A stretch of DNA of 29,526 nt from a virus (taxonomy: Duplodnaviria; Caudoviricetes): the IMG/VR virus record IMGVR_UViG_3300037834_000043, positions 1 to 29,526 of that record, one strand, 5' to 3'. Below, piece by piece: positions 9,226 to 17,660 of the stretch (positions within the stretch are counted from its first letter, which is position 1; each line of letters opens with the position of its first letter). The notes beneath the pieces are model-generated. The model was given only the letters and a program-made list of their open reading frames with translations, had not been told where the DNA came from and made no database searches. Both the position numbers and the translations under genes were made by a program.

Positions 9226-10425
9226 CTATGCAGCCTCCAGAAGCAGTTTGCCGTAATTCACCAGCTTCATGCCGCCCGTGTCGATGACGGCGTCAGGCCG
9301 CGTTTTCTCAACGTCCTGCGCCATGAAACCGACATGCTTCGGCGTGTCTTTGCCCTCGCTCTTGTAGCGATAGGCGTAGAGATCGTGCTCACCGAACTTG
9401 CCAACCTTCTTGATATCCTTCTTTGCCCGGCGATCTGACGCCATGATCAATGACGATCCGAGATCGAACAGGCCGCCAAACAGCTTCTGGCCCATCGCGT
9501 TCTTTTGCTGCGCAATGCCCATCTTCTGGTTGAAGTTTTCATTGACCAGGCCGGCATAGTCGACGGTCGGGATCGTCGGCATGTTGGCCGGCGCCCAGGT
9601 CGGTTGCGTGATCTGAGAGCCCGACAGCAGCGAGATAATCTCCTGCAGCGGCTGATTGCGTTCCGTCAGCAGCTCGTTGACAGCCTGCCCGCGACCGGAC
9701 AGCAAAAGCTGGTTATACGCGTCATTCGCGCCTTCCGTGTCCAGCCTGACCGCCGTGTCATAGGCCTGAGAGCCGATCGCAATGCCCTGGTTGGCAAGCT
9801 TCTGATCAAGCGCTGCACGCCGTTCTGATAGGACCGGATCGAGACGCTTGCGGCCGAGCTCGAAAAGCCGGCCTTCCGTCGCCTCGTTGTCAAGCGTGAA
9901 CGGCTTCTTCAGATACTCCTCGAGGAACGCCGATCGCTCGTTTGCCGCCTGGCTGAGATTGAGCTGGGCGGCCTGCGACTGGTCAAGGATGGCCTGCTGC
10001 TGCGGCGAAAGCTTCGTCGTCGCGGTGTACTGCGGGATATTGTAGCCCTTGACCTGCGACCAGCCTGCCGCAGTGCCGCCGGCGCTCGCCGGCACGTCAC
10101 GATAGCCGGTGATCACCTGGGTTGTATTGTCGCCCTCGCCTCGCCCACCAACCCGGCGCGTCCCGTAGATCGGAACGCGACTGGCCGGCGTAAAACCGGC
10201 CGGCGCTGACGTCTGGATTTCGCCTTTGGGACCGCGCCAATAGACGGCGCCGTTCTCGTCTTCGACGAAGCGACTGCCGCTCTGCGAATAGGTCAGCGAG
10301 CCGTAGGGCGTGACTTGGTTGACGTTGCCCAGGATGGCATTCGCCTGAGCCGTCGAAAGGTTGGTGGCCGTCTGCGCGGAGGCAGTTTCCTTCGGATCAG
10401 GCGGCTCGGGATACTTCTTGCCCAT
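9226..10425 (-). CDS. Ejection/pilot protein with C-terminal peptidase S74 intramolecular chaperone domain
   Basis: Start MGKKYPEPPDP; NVNQVTPYGSLTY motif; Gln-rich helices; C-terminal SDRRAKKDI...YRYK...GFMAQDVE...PDAV...VNY. Confidence 0.82.
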   Translation of the reverse strand: MGKKYPEPPDPKETASAQTATNLSTAQANAILGNVNQVTPYGSLTYSQSGSRFVEDENGAVYWRGPKGEIQTSAPAGFTPASRVPIYGTRRVGGRGEGDNTTQVITGYRDVPASAGGTAAGWSQVKGYNIPQYTATTKLSPQQQAILDQSQAAQLNLSQAANERSAFLEEYLKKPFTLDNEATEGRLFELGRKRLDPVLSERRAALDQKLANQGIAIGSQAYDTAVRLDTEGANDAYNQLLLSGRGQAVNELLTERNQPLQEIISLLSGSQITQPTWAPANMPTIPTVDYAGLVNENFNQKMGIAQQKNAMGQKLFGGLFDLGSSLIMASDRRAKKDIKKVGKFGEHDLYAYRYKSEGKDTPKHVGFMAQDVEKTRPDAVIDTGGMKLVNYGKLLLEAA

Positions 10426-10888
10426 GGCAGTCCGATGAACTCCTGTTGAAACGATTGTTTCGCCAGTCGTCATCGGTGAGCGTGAAGACGATCTCGTCTT
10501 CATGCCGGCCTCTGAGGCGTGCGATTTTGTAGCTGGTAAAGCCGTAGGCGGTCAAGATTCGATGCAGTCGCGTGTTGCGCTCCGAGACGCGCATGACGAC
10601 GATCTGGCAGCCGAGTTCCGCGAAGGGGTAGGCAAACATCTCACGCAGGACATGACGCTTCAGCCACTCGGGATTGTCACCGGCGCCGCTGATCTCGATG
10701 AGGCCGGCTTTGCGGTCGAAGTTGTGATAGACCATTACCGCGACGAGCTGCGCGGCGTCGTTCAGAACGCCCATCGTGACGCATGGTCCGAAACCATCGG
10801 CAGAGCCCCAGATTCGCCAGGACGCCCATTGAGCATGAACCTGGTTCGCCGCCGCGTTGTCCCGATCGCTCGCCCAGACGGCCCTCAT
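10397..10888 (-). CDS. GNAT-fold acetyltransferase-like virion assembly protein (position of P22 gp14)
   Basis: MFAYPFAELGC..VVMRVSERN...LTAYGF is a GNAT pattern; lies between the nozzle and the first ejection gene; ATGA overlap with the nozzle stop. Confidence 0.82.
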   Translation of the reverse strand: MRAVWASDRDNAAANQVHAQWASWRIWGSADGFGPCVTMGVLNDAAQLVAVMVYHNFDRKAGLIEISGAGDNPEWLKRHVLREMFAYPFAELGCQIVVMRVSERNTRLHRILTAYGFTSYKIARLRGRHEDEIVFTLTDDDWRNNRFNRSSSDCHGQEVSRAA

Positions 10889-12480
10889 CCCTGCACCTCG
10901 CCACTTTCATAGACGAGATGCAGGGCGATGATTTCGAGATCTGGCGCGGTCACCCTGCCCGACGTGATCTGCAGGCCTGGCGCCAGGGCCTCGCCGACGG
11001 CCGGCGCATTCTGCCAGACGGATAGACGCCGCTTGCTGCCGTCGGCGGCCGTGCCCCATTTGAACTGCCCCCACTTCGCAACGCCCCACAGATTGGTGTT
11101 GACGTCAGCGTCGGCGTCGAGTGGTGTCGGCAGCTGCACGTCATAGTCGGCACAAGCGAAAAGCTGAGGCGTGAACTCGCGATTGGCGCGCGCGAGCAGT
11201 CGCACGTTGAGCGACGTCTTTTCTTCCGGCCGTCCGAAATCGCTGAACTTCGGCACCAGGATCGACGTGTACGGTTCGCCCTCGTCGGCGCCGGTGACCT
11301 CGCCCTGAACGATCCGTCCATCGCTGGTGCCGAAATAGAGCTTGCCTCTGAAGATGGTCAGGCAGCGCACATCCCAGCCGGTAAAGCGGCCCCATGCGCC
11401 GGTCCTGGTGTTGATGACGAAACAGAGCTTCTTCTGCTGCCCGGACGATGGAATGCCGATGATCAGCAAGCCTTCGGCCGGCCAGAGCACGCAGGAGAAC
11501 GGTAGCAGGTTGTTGAAGCGCACGCGGATCAGGTCGCGCCACGAGGGTTCGATCGACTTCGTGACCGCGGATCCCTGCAGGCCGGCGCGGTCCTTCGACA
11601 GCATTTCCAGCATGGAAACGATGGCATCATCGGTCAGGATGCCCATATCGCCGCCAGCCTTGAAATGGGCATTCTTGTGCAGCGGCCGCCCGATCTTATA
11701 GACGCCGACCTTTGCGAAGGTGCTGGCGCTGGCCGGATCCGTGCCTTCGTAGACAACTACCTCGCCTTCTGTCGTGACGAACACGCAGAAGTCGTCAGGA
11801 CCGTCACCGGCGTCGCGCGACAGCGAGCCGCCGAACAGCAGCGAACCGCCCTGCGAAAACTCGCTGCCGAGCGGAAATTCCGTGGCGGCACCGGAAACAG
11901 AGTTCGTTCCGAGATACCAGGCCGACATCGCCCCGCCCTGGATGAACCAGAGGCGCGATTTGAATTTCCAGACGTGTGAAAGCGCGGTTGTCGCAACACC
12001 GGTGATAGCAGGCGATGAAACGCCCGTGATCGTCACCCAGTTCGTTCCGTCGAACCGCCGCAGATTGTCGGCGCCGTTGACCATCATCAGGAACGAACCG
12101 CCGGCAGTCGTGAACTGCGCCGCCGACCAATCGCCGTTGGTCAGGCCGGACAAGTCCGCTGATGGCGGCACGTCCGGATCGGCCGGCAGGCTCATGTCGT
12201 AGATGTTACCTTCGTCCGCGGCGAACATCTTCGAAACGGCGCCGGCCTCGTAAGTCGTCAGGAAAGCCGCGCCATCCGTGATCTGGCCGTGCTTGTCTGA
12301 GCCGCGGCGCTGGCGGACGCCGTCGACAGTCGGCACGAAATTGTCGAGCACTTCGGCGCCGAGCGCCCGGGCCTTGGCCAACGGCTCGTCCTGGATCAGG
12401 CCGCGCAACGGTGCCGGAAAGATCGCCGTCGATGACGTCTTTCGCGCTTTTGTGGATGGCTGCGCGATCCGTTTGAACAT
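10885..12480 (-). CDS. Tail nozzle / DNA stabilisation protein (P22 gp10 / tubular B-like)
   Basis: 531 aa, beta-propeller-like pattern (FKSRLWF, GEVVVYEGTDP, NTRTGAWGRFTGW); follows the adaptor. Confidence 0.8.
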   Translation of the reverse strand: MFKRIAQPSTKARKTSSTAIFPAPLRGLIQDEPLAKARALGAEVLDNFVPTVDGVRQRRGSDKHGQITDGAAFLTTYEAGAVSKMFAADEGNIYDMSLPADPDVPPSADLSGLTNGDWSAAQFTTAGGSFLMMVNGADNLRRFDGTNWVTITGVSSPAITGVATTALSHVWKFKSRLWFIQGGAMSAWYLGTNSVSGAATEFPLGSEFSQGGSLLFGGSLSRDAGDGPDDFCVFVTTEGEVVVYEGTDPASASTFAKVGVYKIGRPLHKNAHFKAGGDMGILTDDAIVSMLEMLSKDRAGLQGSAVTKSIEPSWRDLIRVRFNNLLPFSCVLWPAEGLLIIGIPSSGQQKKLCFVINTRTGAWGRFTGWDVRCLTIFRGKLYFGTSDGRIVQGEVTGADEGEPYTSILVPKFSDFGRPEEKTSLNVRLLARANREFTPQLFACADYDVQLPTPLDADADVNTNLWGVAKWGQFKWGTAADGSKRRLSVWQNAPAVGEALAPGLQITSGRVTAPDLEIIALHLVYESGEVQG

Positions 12481-12482
12481 CG

Positions 12483-13205
12483 CTATGCCGGCGGGATGTA
12501 GTCGGGCACCGGAATGTCACGCGGACTGCGGATGCGCCCGCTACCGCCCATGTCGATCTTCTGAATGCCGCGCTTGTCGTTCGACTGGCGGGTAAGGTTG
12601 ATCTCATATTCGGCGGCGCGGTCGGCGTACGGGTAGCCCTTGTTTCGGCGATAGCGCCAGGAGACGCCCATTTCGACGAGGCGGCGCGGCAGCAGCAGGA
12701 TGGCGTCGACATTGTCCCACGTCGCGCCCGGCGTGCCTGATACGCTCAGCCAGTTCTTGGTGACATAAGAGACGGTGATGCTGGCGCCTGTCTCCAGATT
12801 GCGGAAAAATGAAATCTGAAAGCCGTCATCCTCGTTGCCCGAGGTGCGGTAGTATCGATCACCGCCGGCCGAGCCGTGCAACTGCAGCGCACTCCAAGCA
12901 CCATTCGATGCAACCGGAATGCAAGGCCGGCGCGATCGTGTGGTTTCGTAGACGGCGAACTCGTCGCGCGTCAGCCGCTTGAAGCCGTCCGGCAGATCGT
13001 AGGTCTCGACGTCGGTGCCGGTGATCGGCACGTCGAGCGTGATCGGGTCCGGCCAATCGACACGCTCAAGCAGCTCGTCGACCGTCTCGGCCAGGACATC
13101 CTTCATTTCCATGCTGGTGTCCGTCGTGGAAGACACCCAGTTTGTGGGCGCCTTCACACGACAGGCGCGCGCGGCGGTATCCAAGACTTCCGCGACGGTC
13201 GCCAT
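12483..13205 (-). CDS. Head-tail adaptor (tubular A / gp4-like)
   Basis: 240 aa; YDLPDGFKRL and GVSWRYRRNKGYPY motifs typical of podoviral adaptors; position. Confidence 0.75.
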   Translation of the reverse strand: MATVAEVLDTAARACRVKAPTNWVSSTTDTSMEMKDVLAETVDELLERVDWPDPITLDVPITGTDVETYDLPDGFKRLTRDEFAVYETTRSRRPCIPVASNGAWSALQLHGSAGGDRYYRTSGNEDDGFQISFFRNLETGASITVSYVTKNWLSVSGTPGATWDNVDAILLLPRRLVEMGVSWRYRRNKGYPYADRAAEYEINLTRQSNDKRGIQKIDMGGSGRIRSPRDIPVPDYIPPA

Positions 13206-13211
13206 GCTCGA

Positions 13212-13925
13212 TCACACCTCCGCGGCTGCAGGCTCGACAGGGCGGCGGCGCTGGCGCGTGGCCGGTGCCGCCGGTTCGGGCTGCTCTTCCTCGCTCTCGC
13301 CCTGCTCCTGCTTCGCGGCAAGGCGGCGAACGACGTCCAGAGCTTCCTGCAGTTCGCGACGGGCATCGCGCAGCTCGTCGGCAAGGCCTTCGTTCTGCTC
13401 TTCCAGGGCAGCGATGCGGTTGGCCGTCTGGCTGCCTTCGAATGACTGCATGAACGCCTGAGCCTGAAGCTTGATCTGGCGAACGTTCGGAAGCTGCACG
13501 CGCGTGATAAAGCCTTCGGGCATGTCCGCGATTTGCTCGACGGTCTTCAGGCCCAAGCTCTTGAACGCCGAAGCCTGTGCCGGGTTGAGGCCGGACCAGG
13601 CGGCAAGCGGTACGCCCTCGGTCGGAATCTCGTGACCTTCTTGCCATGCGGCGAGCGCCTTCTGGATCTGATCCCACCGGTGGCGCATTACGTCCATCTT
13701 GAGCGCGCCCTGGGCGTCGTCGGGCACGTTGCGGACGTTCGCCGGATCCAGGAAGTCGACGCGCTCCTTCGTCTCGGAAATGTTGATCAGATGGACGGGC
13801 GAATAGCGCACCCAAATGATTTCCCGCATCTTGCCGGTGGGCTGCTTCGTGTCGGGATCGATCACCGGCTTGTAGGTCGTTTCGAAGCCGTGAATGACGA
13901 TGGACGGCTTGTTCTGATCAGCCAT
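13212..13925 (-). CDS. Phage protein with HhH-like motif and C-terminal coiled coil
   Basis: GVPLAAWSGL...SLGLKTVEQIADM followed by a heptad repeat; in the head-completion region. Confidence 0.75.
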   Translation of the reverse strand: MADQNKPSIVIHGFETTYKPVIDPDTKQPTGKMREIIWVRYSPVHLINISETKERVDFLDPANVRNVPDDAQGALKMDVMRHRWDQIQKALAAWQEGHEIPTEGVPLAAWSGLNPAQASAFKSLGLKTVEQIADMPEGFITRVQLPNVRQIKLQAQAFMQSFEGSQTANRIAALEEQNEGLADELRDARRELQEALDVVRRLAAKQEQGESEEEQPEPAAPATRQRRRPVEPAAAEV

Positions 13926-14157
13926 TGGATTTGCCTTTCACGACCAGGACGGTTTCGCGGATCAGCGTTTCATCGTCGGGGATCGTCTTGATGAGCTGCA
14001 ACATCGCAGCATTGCCATTGTCGAGAATGAGCCTGGCGGCCCGGCCATGCTCACCACGTTTCCACGCCATCTCGATCGCGTGGTGGTCGATCGCCTTGGC
14101 AGCATCGACGCCGCCGCCGTCAGGCACTTTCGCTTGCTTCGCTTGCTTCTTCGCCAT
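13918..14157 (-). CDS. Hypothetical protein (79 aa)
   Basis: Strong AGGAGG RBS; fills the operon gap; 8-bp overlap with the next gene. Confidence 0.75.
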   Translation of the reverse strand: MAKKQAKQAKVPDGGGVDAAKAIDHHAIEMAWKRGEHGRAARLILDNGNAAMLQLIKTIPDDETLIRETVLVVKGKSNG

Positions 14158-14166
14158 GATGGCCTC

Positions 14167-14718
14167 CTAGCTGAACCTGCGCGTTCCGGCCTGGCCGTAG
14201 CGCCCAGCGTTGAAATCCGAGATGAAAAGCGGGCTGCCCGGCGCGATCTCCACCTTGACACCGCGCCCCTGAGCAAGGCCGACAAGGTAGGTCACGGAAG
14301 GGCGCTCAAAGGCGTATTCGCCGCTGGCGATCAGATGAACACCGTAGAGCCCGATCACGTCCACGCCCTCGCAAAGGGCCAAGGCGATCTGATAGGCGAC
14401 GGTGTTTTCGAGGAACGGGATTGGCAGGAATTCCATCACCGCCTGAAGCGGGTATTCGACCGCCGTTTCAAACGCGTGCATCCGGGTCGGTTCGCAATAG
14501 ACCGGCACGCCACGGTAGAGATCGCGCAGTTTGGCGATCCACCTCGCCGCGTCGGCGCCCAACGGGCTTTCATCCATCCTGGCCTGCGAATGCATGTCGA
14601 AAAGCCGGGAGGCTCGCGGCATGCCAACCCACGGCATGCCCCAAATCTCCCAGCCTTCATCCTGGAACGGAGCAAAGGCGGCCGTAGCCGCCTTGCCCAC
14701 AATTGCGACTTTGCGCAT
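14167..14718 (-). CDS. Putative sialyltransferase/Maf-like (GT29/GT42/DUF115-type fold) enzyme
   Basis: KVAIVGKA..., WEIWG, RLFDMH, NTVAYQIALALCEG..VIGLYGVH, EY..ERP. TGATG coupling to the decoration gene. The ORF is solid; the function is inferred. Confidence 0.6.
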   Translation of the reverse strand: MRKVAIVGKAATAAFAPFQDEGWEIWGMPWVGMPRASRLFDMHSQARMDESPLGADAARWIAKLRDLYRGVPVYCEPTRMHAFETAVEYPLQAVMEFLPIPFLENTVAYQIALALCEGVDVIGLYGVHLIASGEYAFERPSVTYLVGLAQGRGVKVEIAPGSPLFISDFNAGRYGQAGTRRFS

Positions 14719-15203
14719 CAGGTCGATTCATCCGTGCAGAACGGACGGGCGATCTCGACCTCGGCGATGTTGCCGGCTGCGGTGGATGCAGATGCCCACT
14801 TGGCGTTGTGCACCTTGTCGCCGGCAACAGCTGCGTCATCGCACCATCCGGGGACGGTATCGATGTACACCTTGCCGTCGTTGGCGACTACCGCCGCCTT
14901 GGCGAGCGCCTTGCCGGTGATCTGATACCAGCCGTAGTTGGTCGCGGCGTTGTTGATCGACATGGCGATCGCCACCGGGCCGATGGCGTTCGCCACCAGG
15001 AGCGTGGTTGTCCAGTCGTCGTAGTTGTAGGTCACGAACGAGCCGACCACCGTCGAGGAAACGCCCTTCAGGTAGATGAACTCGCCGTAGCCATAGACCG
15101 GATCGTTGGCACGAACGATGGTGCCCAGCGCATGACGCTGTACCGTGTCCGTGTCCGCGATCGCCTGCCAGCCGACCTTCTGGTCATCGATAGTGTATGC
15201 CAT
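14718..15203 (-). CDS. Capsid decoration/cement protein
   Basis: 161 aa, beta-rich (GEFIYLKG, GPVAIAMS, YGWYQITG); immediately follows the major capsid gene; AAGGAGG RBS. Confidence 0.78.
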   Translation of the reverse strand: MAYTIDDQKVGWQAIADTDTVQRHALGTIVRANDPVYGYGEFIYLKGVSSTVVGSFVTYNYDDWTTTLLVANAIGPVAIAMSINNAATNYGWYQITGKALAKAAVVANDGKVYIDTVPGWCDDAAVAGDKVHNAKWASASTAAGNIAEVEIARPFCTDEST

Positions 15204-15215
15204 GGTCCAGCCTCC

Positions 15216-16202
15216 TTACGCCGCGTCGAAGAGCACGCCCTGGGCGGCGCGGTAGTTGGTCCACATGTAGCCCATCCAGTAGAACGGGATGAGCACGGCG
15301 TCCTGGTTGGTCGGGCGCTTCTCCTCGTCCGGCGTCCACTGGGCCTCGCTGTGCTGGGTGATCCCGAGGTAGTCGGTGTTGAGGAAGTAGCCCTTCTCGG
15401 CGGTGGTCGCGAAGTTGGTGTTGTCATCGAAGATGACGTCAGCCGTCTTGTACTTCAGACCGCCGAAACCAGCCTGGGCCTGCTTGGCATCCATGTAGCG
15501 CTGCAGCTGCTGCTGGCCGACCTCGTAAAGCGAATAGAGGTCGTGCGACAGGACGATCAGGTCCGGCTTGTCGGCACCGCGATTGAGCGACAACCAGAGC
15601 GCATTCATGTCGGCGCGCATCGACAGCGAGTTCGCCTCAGTCGGCGACGCCGCCAGGTTGGTGCCGGTCATCTCGCGGAACTTGTTCTTCCAGAACGTGT
15701 AGGTTCCCGAGACGATGCCGCCGACCGTGCCCGTGCCATCCGTCTGGATGATGTTGGCAAGACCCGCGATCTGGTTCAGCAGCGCGCCATCGGAATAGAC
15801 GTCGATCGAGAAGTTGTTCGCCGCGGTGTGAAGCGCGTTGTTCTTGCGCGCTTTCACCAGGTTGATCATGCGCTCTTTCGAGCCCATGTTCTGGCGGAGT
15901 TCTCGGCCGTTCGCCGTCACGTGGATGGCAGCCTGGCACCAGTCATATTTGGCTGCCGTCAGGACTTCCGACGCGCCGACGTTCAGGCCGTCATAGCCCG
16001 AATAACGCATGTAGGTGGCGTTCTCGGCGAACTCGACGGGCTCAGCCGCCTCGATGCCGCCGGAAACAGTCTTGATCTGGCCCTTTTCTTTCAGCCGGGA
16101 CAAAAAGCCGTTGTGCTTGCTCACGTTGTCGGTGACGTTCGAACCCCAGTGGCGGTGCGTCGTCACGACCATTTCCGTGAACACTGCAGAGGGGGAAGGC
16201 AT
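15216..16202 (-). CDS. Major capsid protein (HK97 fold)
   Basis: 328 aa following the scaffold; DNVSKHN, YSDG, PDLIV, YFLNTDY, QGVL motifs; strong codon bias. Confidence 0.9.
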   Translation of the reverse strand: MPSPSAVFTEMVVTTHRHWGSNVTDNVSKHNGFLSRLKEKGQIKTVSGGIEAAEPVEFAENATYMRYSGYDGLNVGASEVLTAAKYDWCQAAIHVTANGRELRQNMGSKERMINLVKARKNNALHTAANNFSIDVYSDGALLNQIAGLANIIQTDGTGTVGGIVSGTYTFWKNKFREMTGTNLAASPTEANSLSMRADMNALWLSLNRGADKPDLIVLSHDLYSLYEVGQQQLQRYMDAKQAQAGFGGLKYKTADVIFDDNTNFATTAEKGYFLNTDYLGITQHSEAQWTPDEEKRPTNQDAVLIPFYWMGYMWTNYRAAQGVLFDAA

Positions 16203-16222
16203 CTCGCCTCATCCTTTCGTGT

Positions 16223-17323
16223 TCAATGAGCTGTGGCGCGCTCGTAAGCAGCAGCGAAGGCCTGATCCTCGGTCATCTCTGCGGGCTTGCCGATCGCGTT
16301 CGGCTTCACGTTGATGGAAGCGGCTTTCCGCGCGTCATCGGTTCGCTTGGGGTCCGGCTTGGCGGCCGTCGCTTGCGCTTCGGCGGCACGTACCTTGGCC
16401 CTGATCTCCGGATTGGCGTTGATTGCCATGTCATAGGCATCGGCGAGCACGTCCGCATGCGGGCGCTGCTGGCCTTTGCTTTTCTCAAGCACCATGTCGA
16501 CATACGTCGGGAGGGATTCGAGGACCGCTTCCAGGTGCTCTTTGTTTTCGGCAAAGGCACTGAATGCGGCCGTCGCGTCCTTCTCGGCCATGGTCTTGGA
16601 AATCTCCATCCGGATCGATTCCGGGTTGCCGACCTGTGCCTCGAGCCGGGCGATCTTCGCCTCCAGCGCGGCAACGGTGGAATTGTTCTGGCCGGCCGGC
16701 AGCTGCTTGCCGTCGCCGCCAAAGACCTGTGCCAGCAGCGGCATGACCTTGTAGGTGTTGGCGATCTCCAGGAGCGTTTTGACTGCGCTTTCCGGGCCGC
16801 GGTCCATGTCGGCCTGGATGGCGGCGAGGCGAACAGCACCCTTGGCAAGTTCGGCTGGCGCAACGCCCTTCCATTCTGGATAGGCGCGCATCGCGTTCAC
16901 GAATTCGTCGTGGAATGGCTTCACTTCGCGGAACTGGCCGCCGATCTCGCCGAACTTGGCATCCTGCGACGCGACGAACCTGCCCAACTCGCCGCGGTCG
17001 GCTGCGTCAAGCTTGCCCCAGATCGCCTTGATGTTCTGCGGAAGATGAGCCGGGGCCGGCGTCGAGCTGGCAGCCGTCGACGCTGTTGGCGCAGCATCAC
17101 CAGCCGCATCAGCGCCAGCGTCACCAGCCCCGGCATTTCCCTCATCACCGACCCCTGAAGGCGACGAGGAAACGAACTTGCCACCGGCACCGCGATCGGC
17201 GCCATTGGTGACCATGATCTTGTCGAATGCTGCGCCCAGGACATCGTCGTCCGACACCACGGCCGCGCCAGCGCCTGGATCAACACCGCTGCCGCCGTTG
17301 AGCTGCGTGCCCTGATCGCTCAT
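16223..17323 (-). CDS. Scaffolding protein (366 aa)
   Basis: Disordered acidic N-terminus with RGAGGKF, coiled coils, AYDMAINANPEIR; precedes the capsid gene; ATGA overlap and GAGGA RBS. Confidence 0.8.
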   Translation of the reverse strand: MSDQGTQLNGGSGVDPGAGAAVVSDDDVLGAAFDKIMVTNGADRGAGGKFVSSSPSGVGDEGNAGAGDAGADAAGDAAPTASTAASSTPAPAHLPQNIKAIWGKLDAADRGELGRFVASQDAKFGEIGGQFREVKPFHDEFVNAMRAYPEWKGVAPAELAKGAVRLAAIQADMDRGPESAVKTLLEIANTYKVMPLLAQVFGGDGKQLPAGQNNSTVAALEAKIARLEAQVGNPESIRMEISKTMAEKDATAAFSAFAENKEHLEAVLESLPTYVDMVLEKSKGQQRPHADVLADAYDMAINANPEIRAKVRAAEAQATAAKPDPKRTDDARKAASINVKPNAIGKPAEMTEDQAFAAAYERATAH

Positions 17324-17613
17324 CGCAATTCCTCGCTGACCTGCAGACCGCGCTTCTCGCAAAACCGCTTGTTCTTGAATTTCCCGCCGGTCGGGCTCGG
17401 GAAGTCGCGCGCGTCGACGCAGTTGTTGCGCTTCAGATCTTCACGGCGCTCTGAACGCGACGTGATCATCCGGCCGTCGATCGGCGACGCATATGCAGGA
17501 ATGTCGGATATGACCGTCGGCATGACGATCTGGCCGGCGAACGGCTTTTCCATCCGCTCCCCAGTGCTGCGATCGACAAATTCCCCGTTCCGCCAGACGT
17601 AGCGCTTCGACAT
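17320..17613 (-). CDS. Small phage protein (SPIDG..ITSRSERREDLKRNNC motif)
   Basis: 97 aa between portal and scaffold; coupled to the scaffold start. Confidence 0.75.
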   Translation of the reverse strand: MSKRYVWRNGEFVDRSTGERMEKPFAGQIVMPTVISDIPAYASPIDGRMITSRSERREDLKRNNCVDARDFPSPTGGKFKNKRFCEKRGLQVSEELR

Positions 17614-17636
17614 GGCGCGGACGGTCACTCGCCAGC

Positions 17637-17659
17637 GCGCGAAAATTAGAGGGACTTGC
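17637..17659 (-). promoter_or_regulatory. 23-bp late-gene motif, copy 2 (20/23 match)
   Basis: Plus strand GCGCGAAAATTAGAGGGACTTGC; directly after the portal stop and 23 nt upstream of the next ATG (17613). Confidence 0.68.
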
Positions 17660-17660
17660 G

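Noticed and set aside
8233-9438. Long plus-strand ORFs (8233-9438, also 14047-14925, 16226-17158, 18813-19832 and others)
   Set aside because: Antisense shadows of GC-rich coding genes with no RBS or recognisable domains.
15203-15230. Programmed frameshift or readthrough fusing capsid to the decoration protein
   Set aside because: Clean TAA stop, no slippery heptamer, and the downstream gene has its own AAGGAGG RBS.
14703-16229. 508-aa alternative-frame ORF over the capsid and decoration genes
   Set aside because: Overlaps two well-supported genes; Arg/Val/His-rich shadow expected from strong GC3 bias; no motifs.
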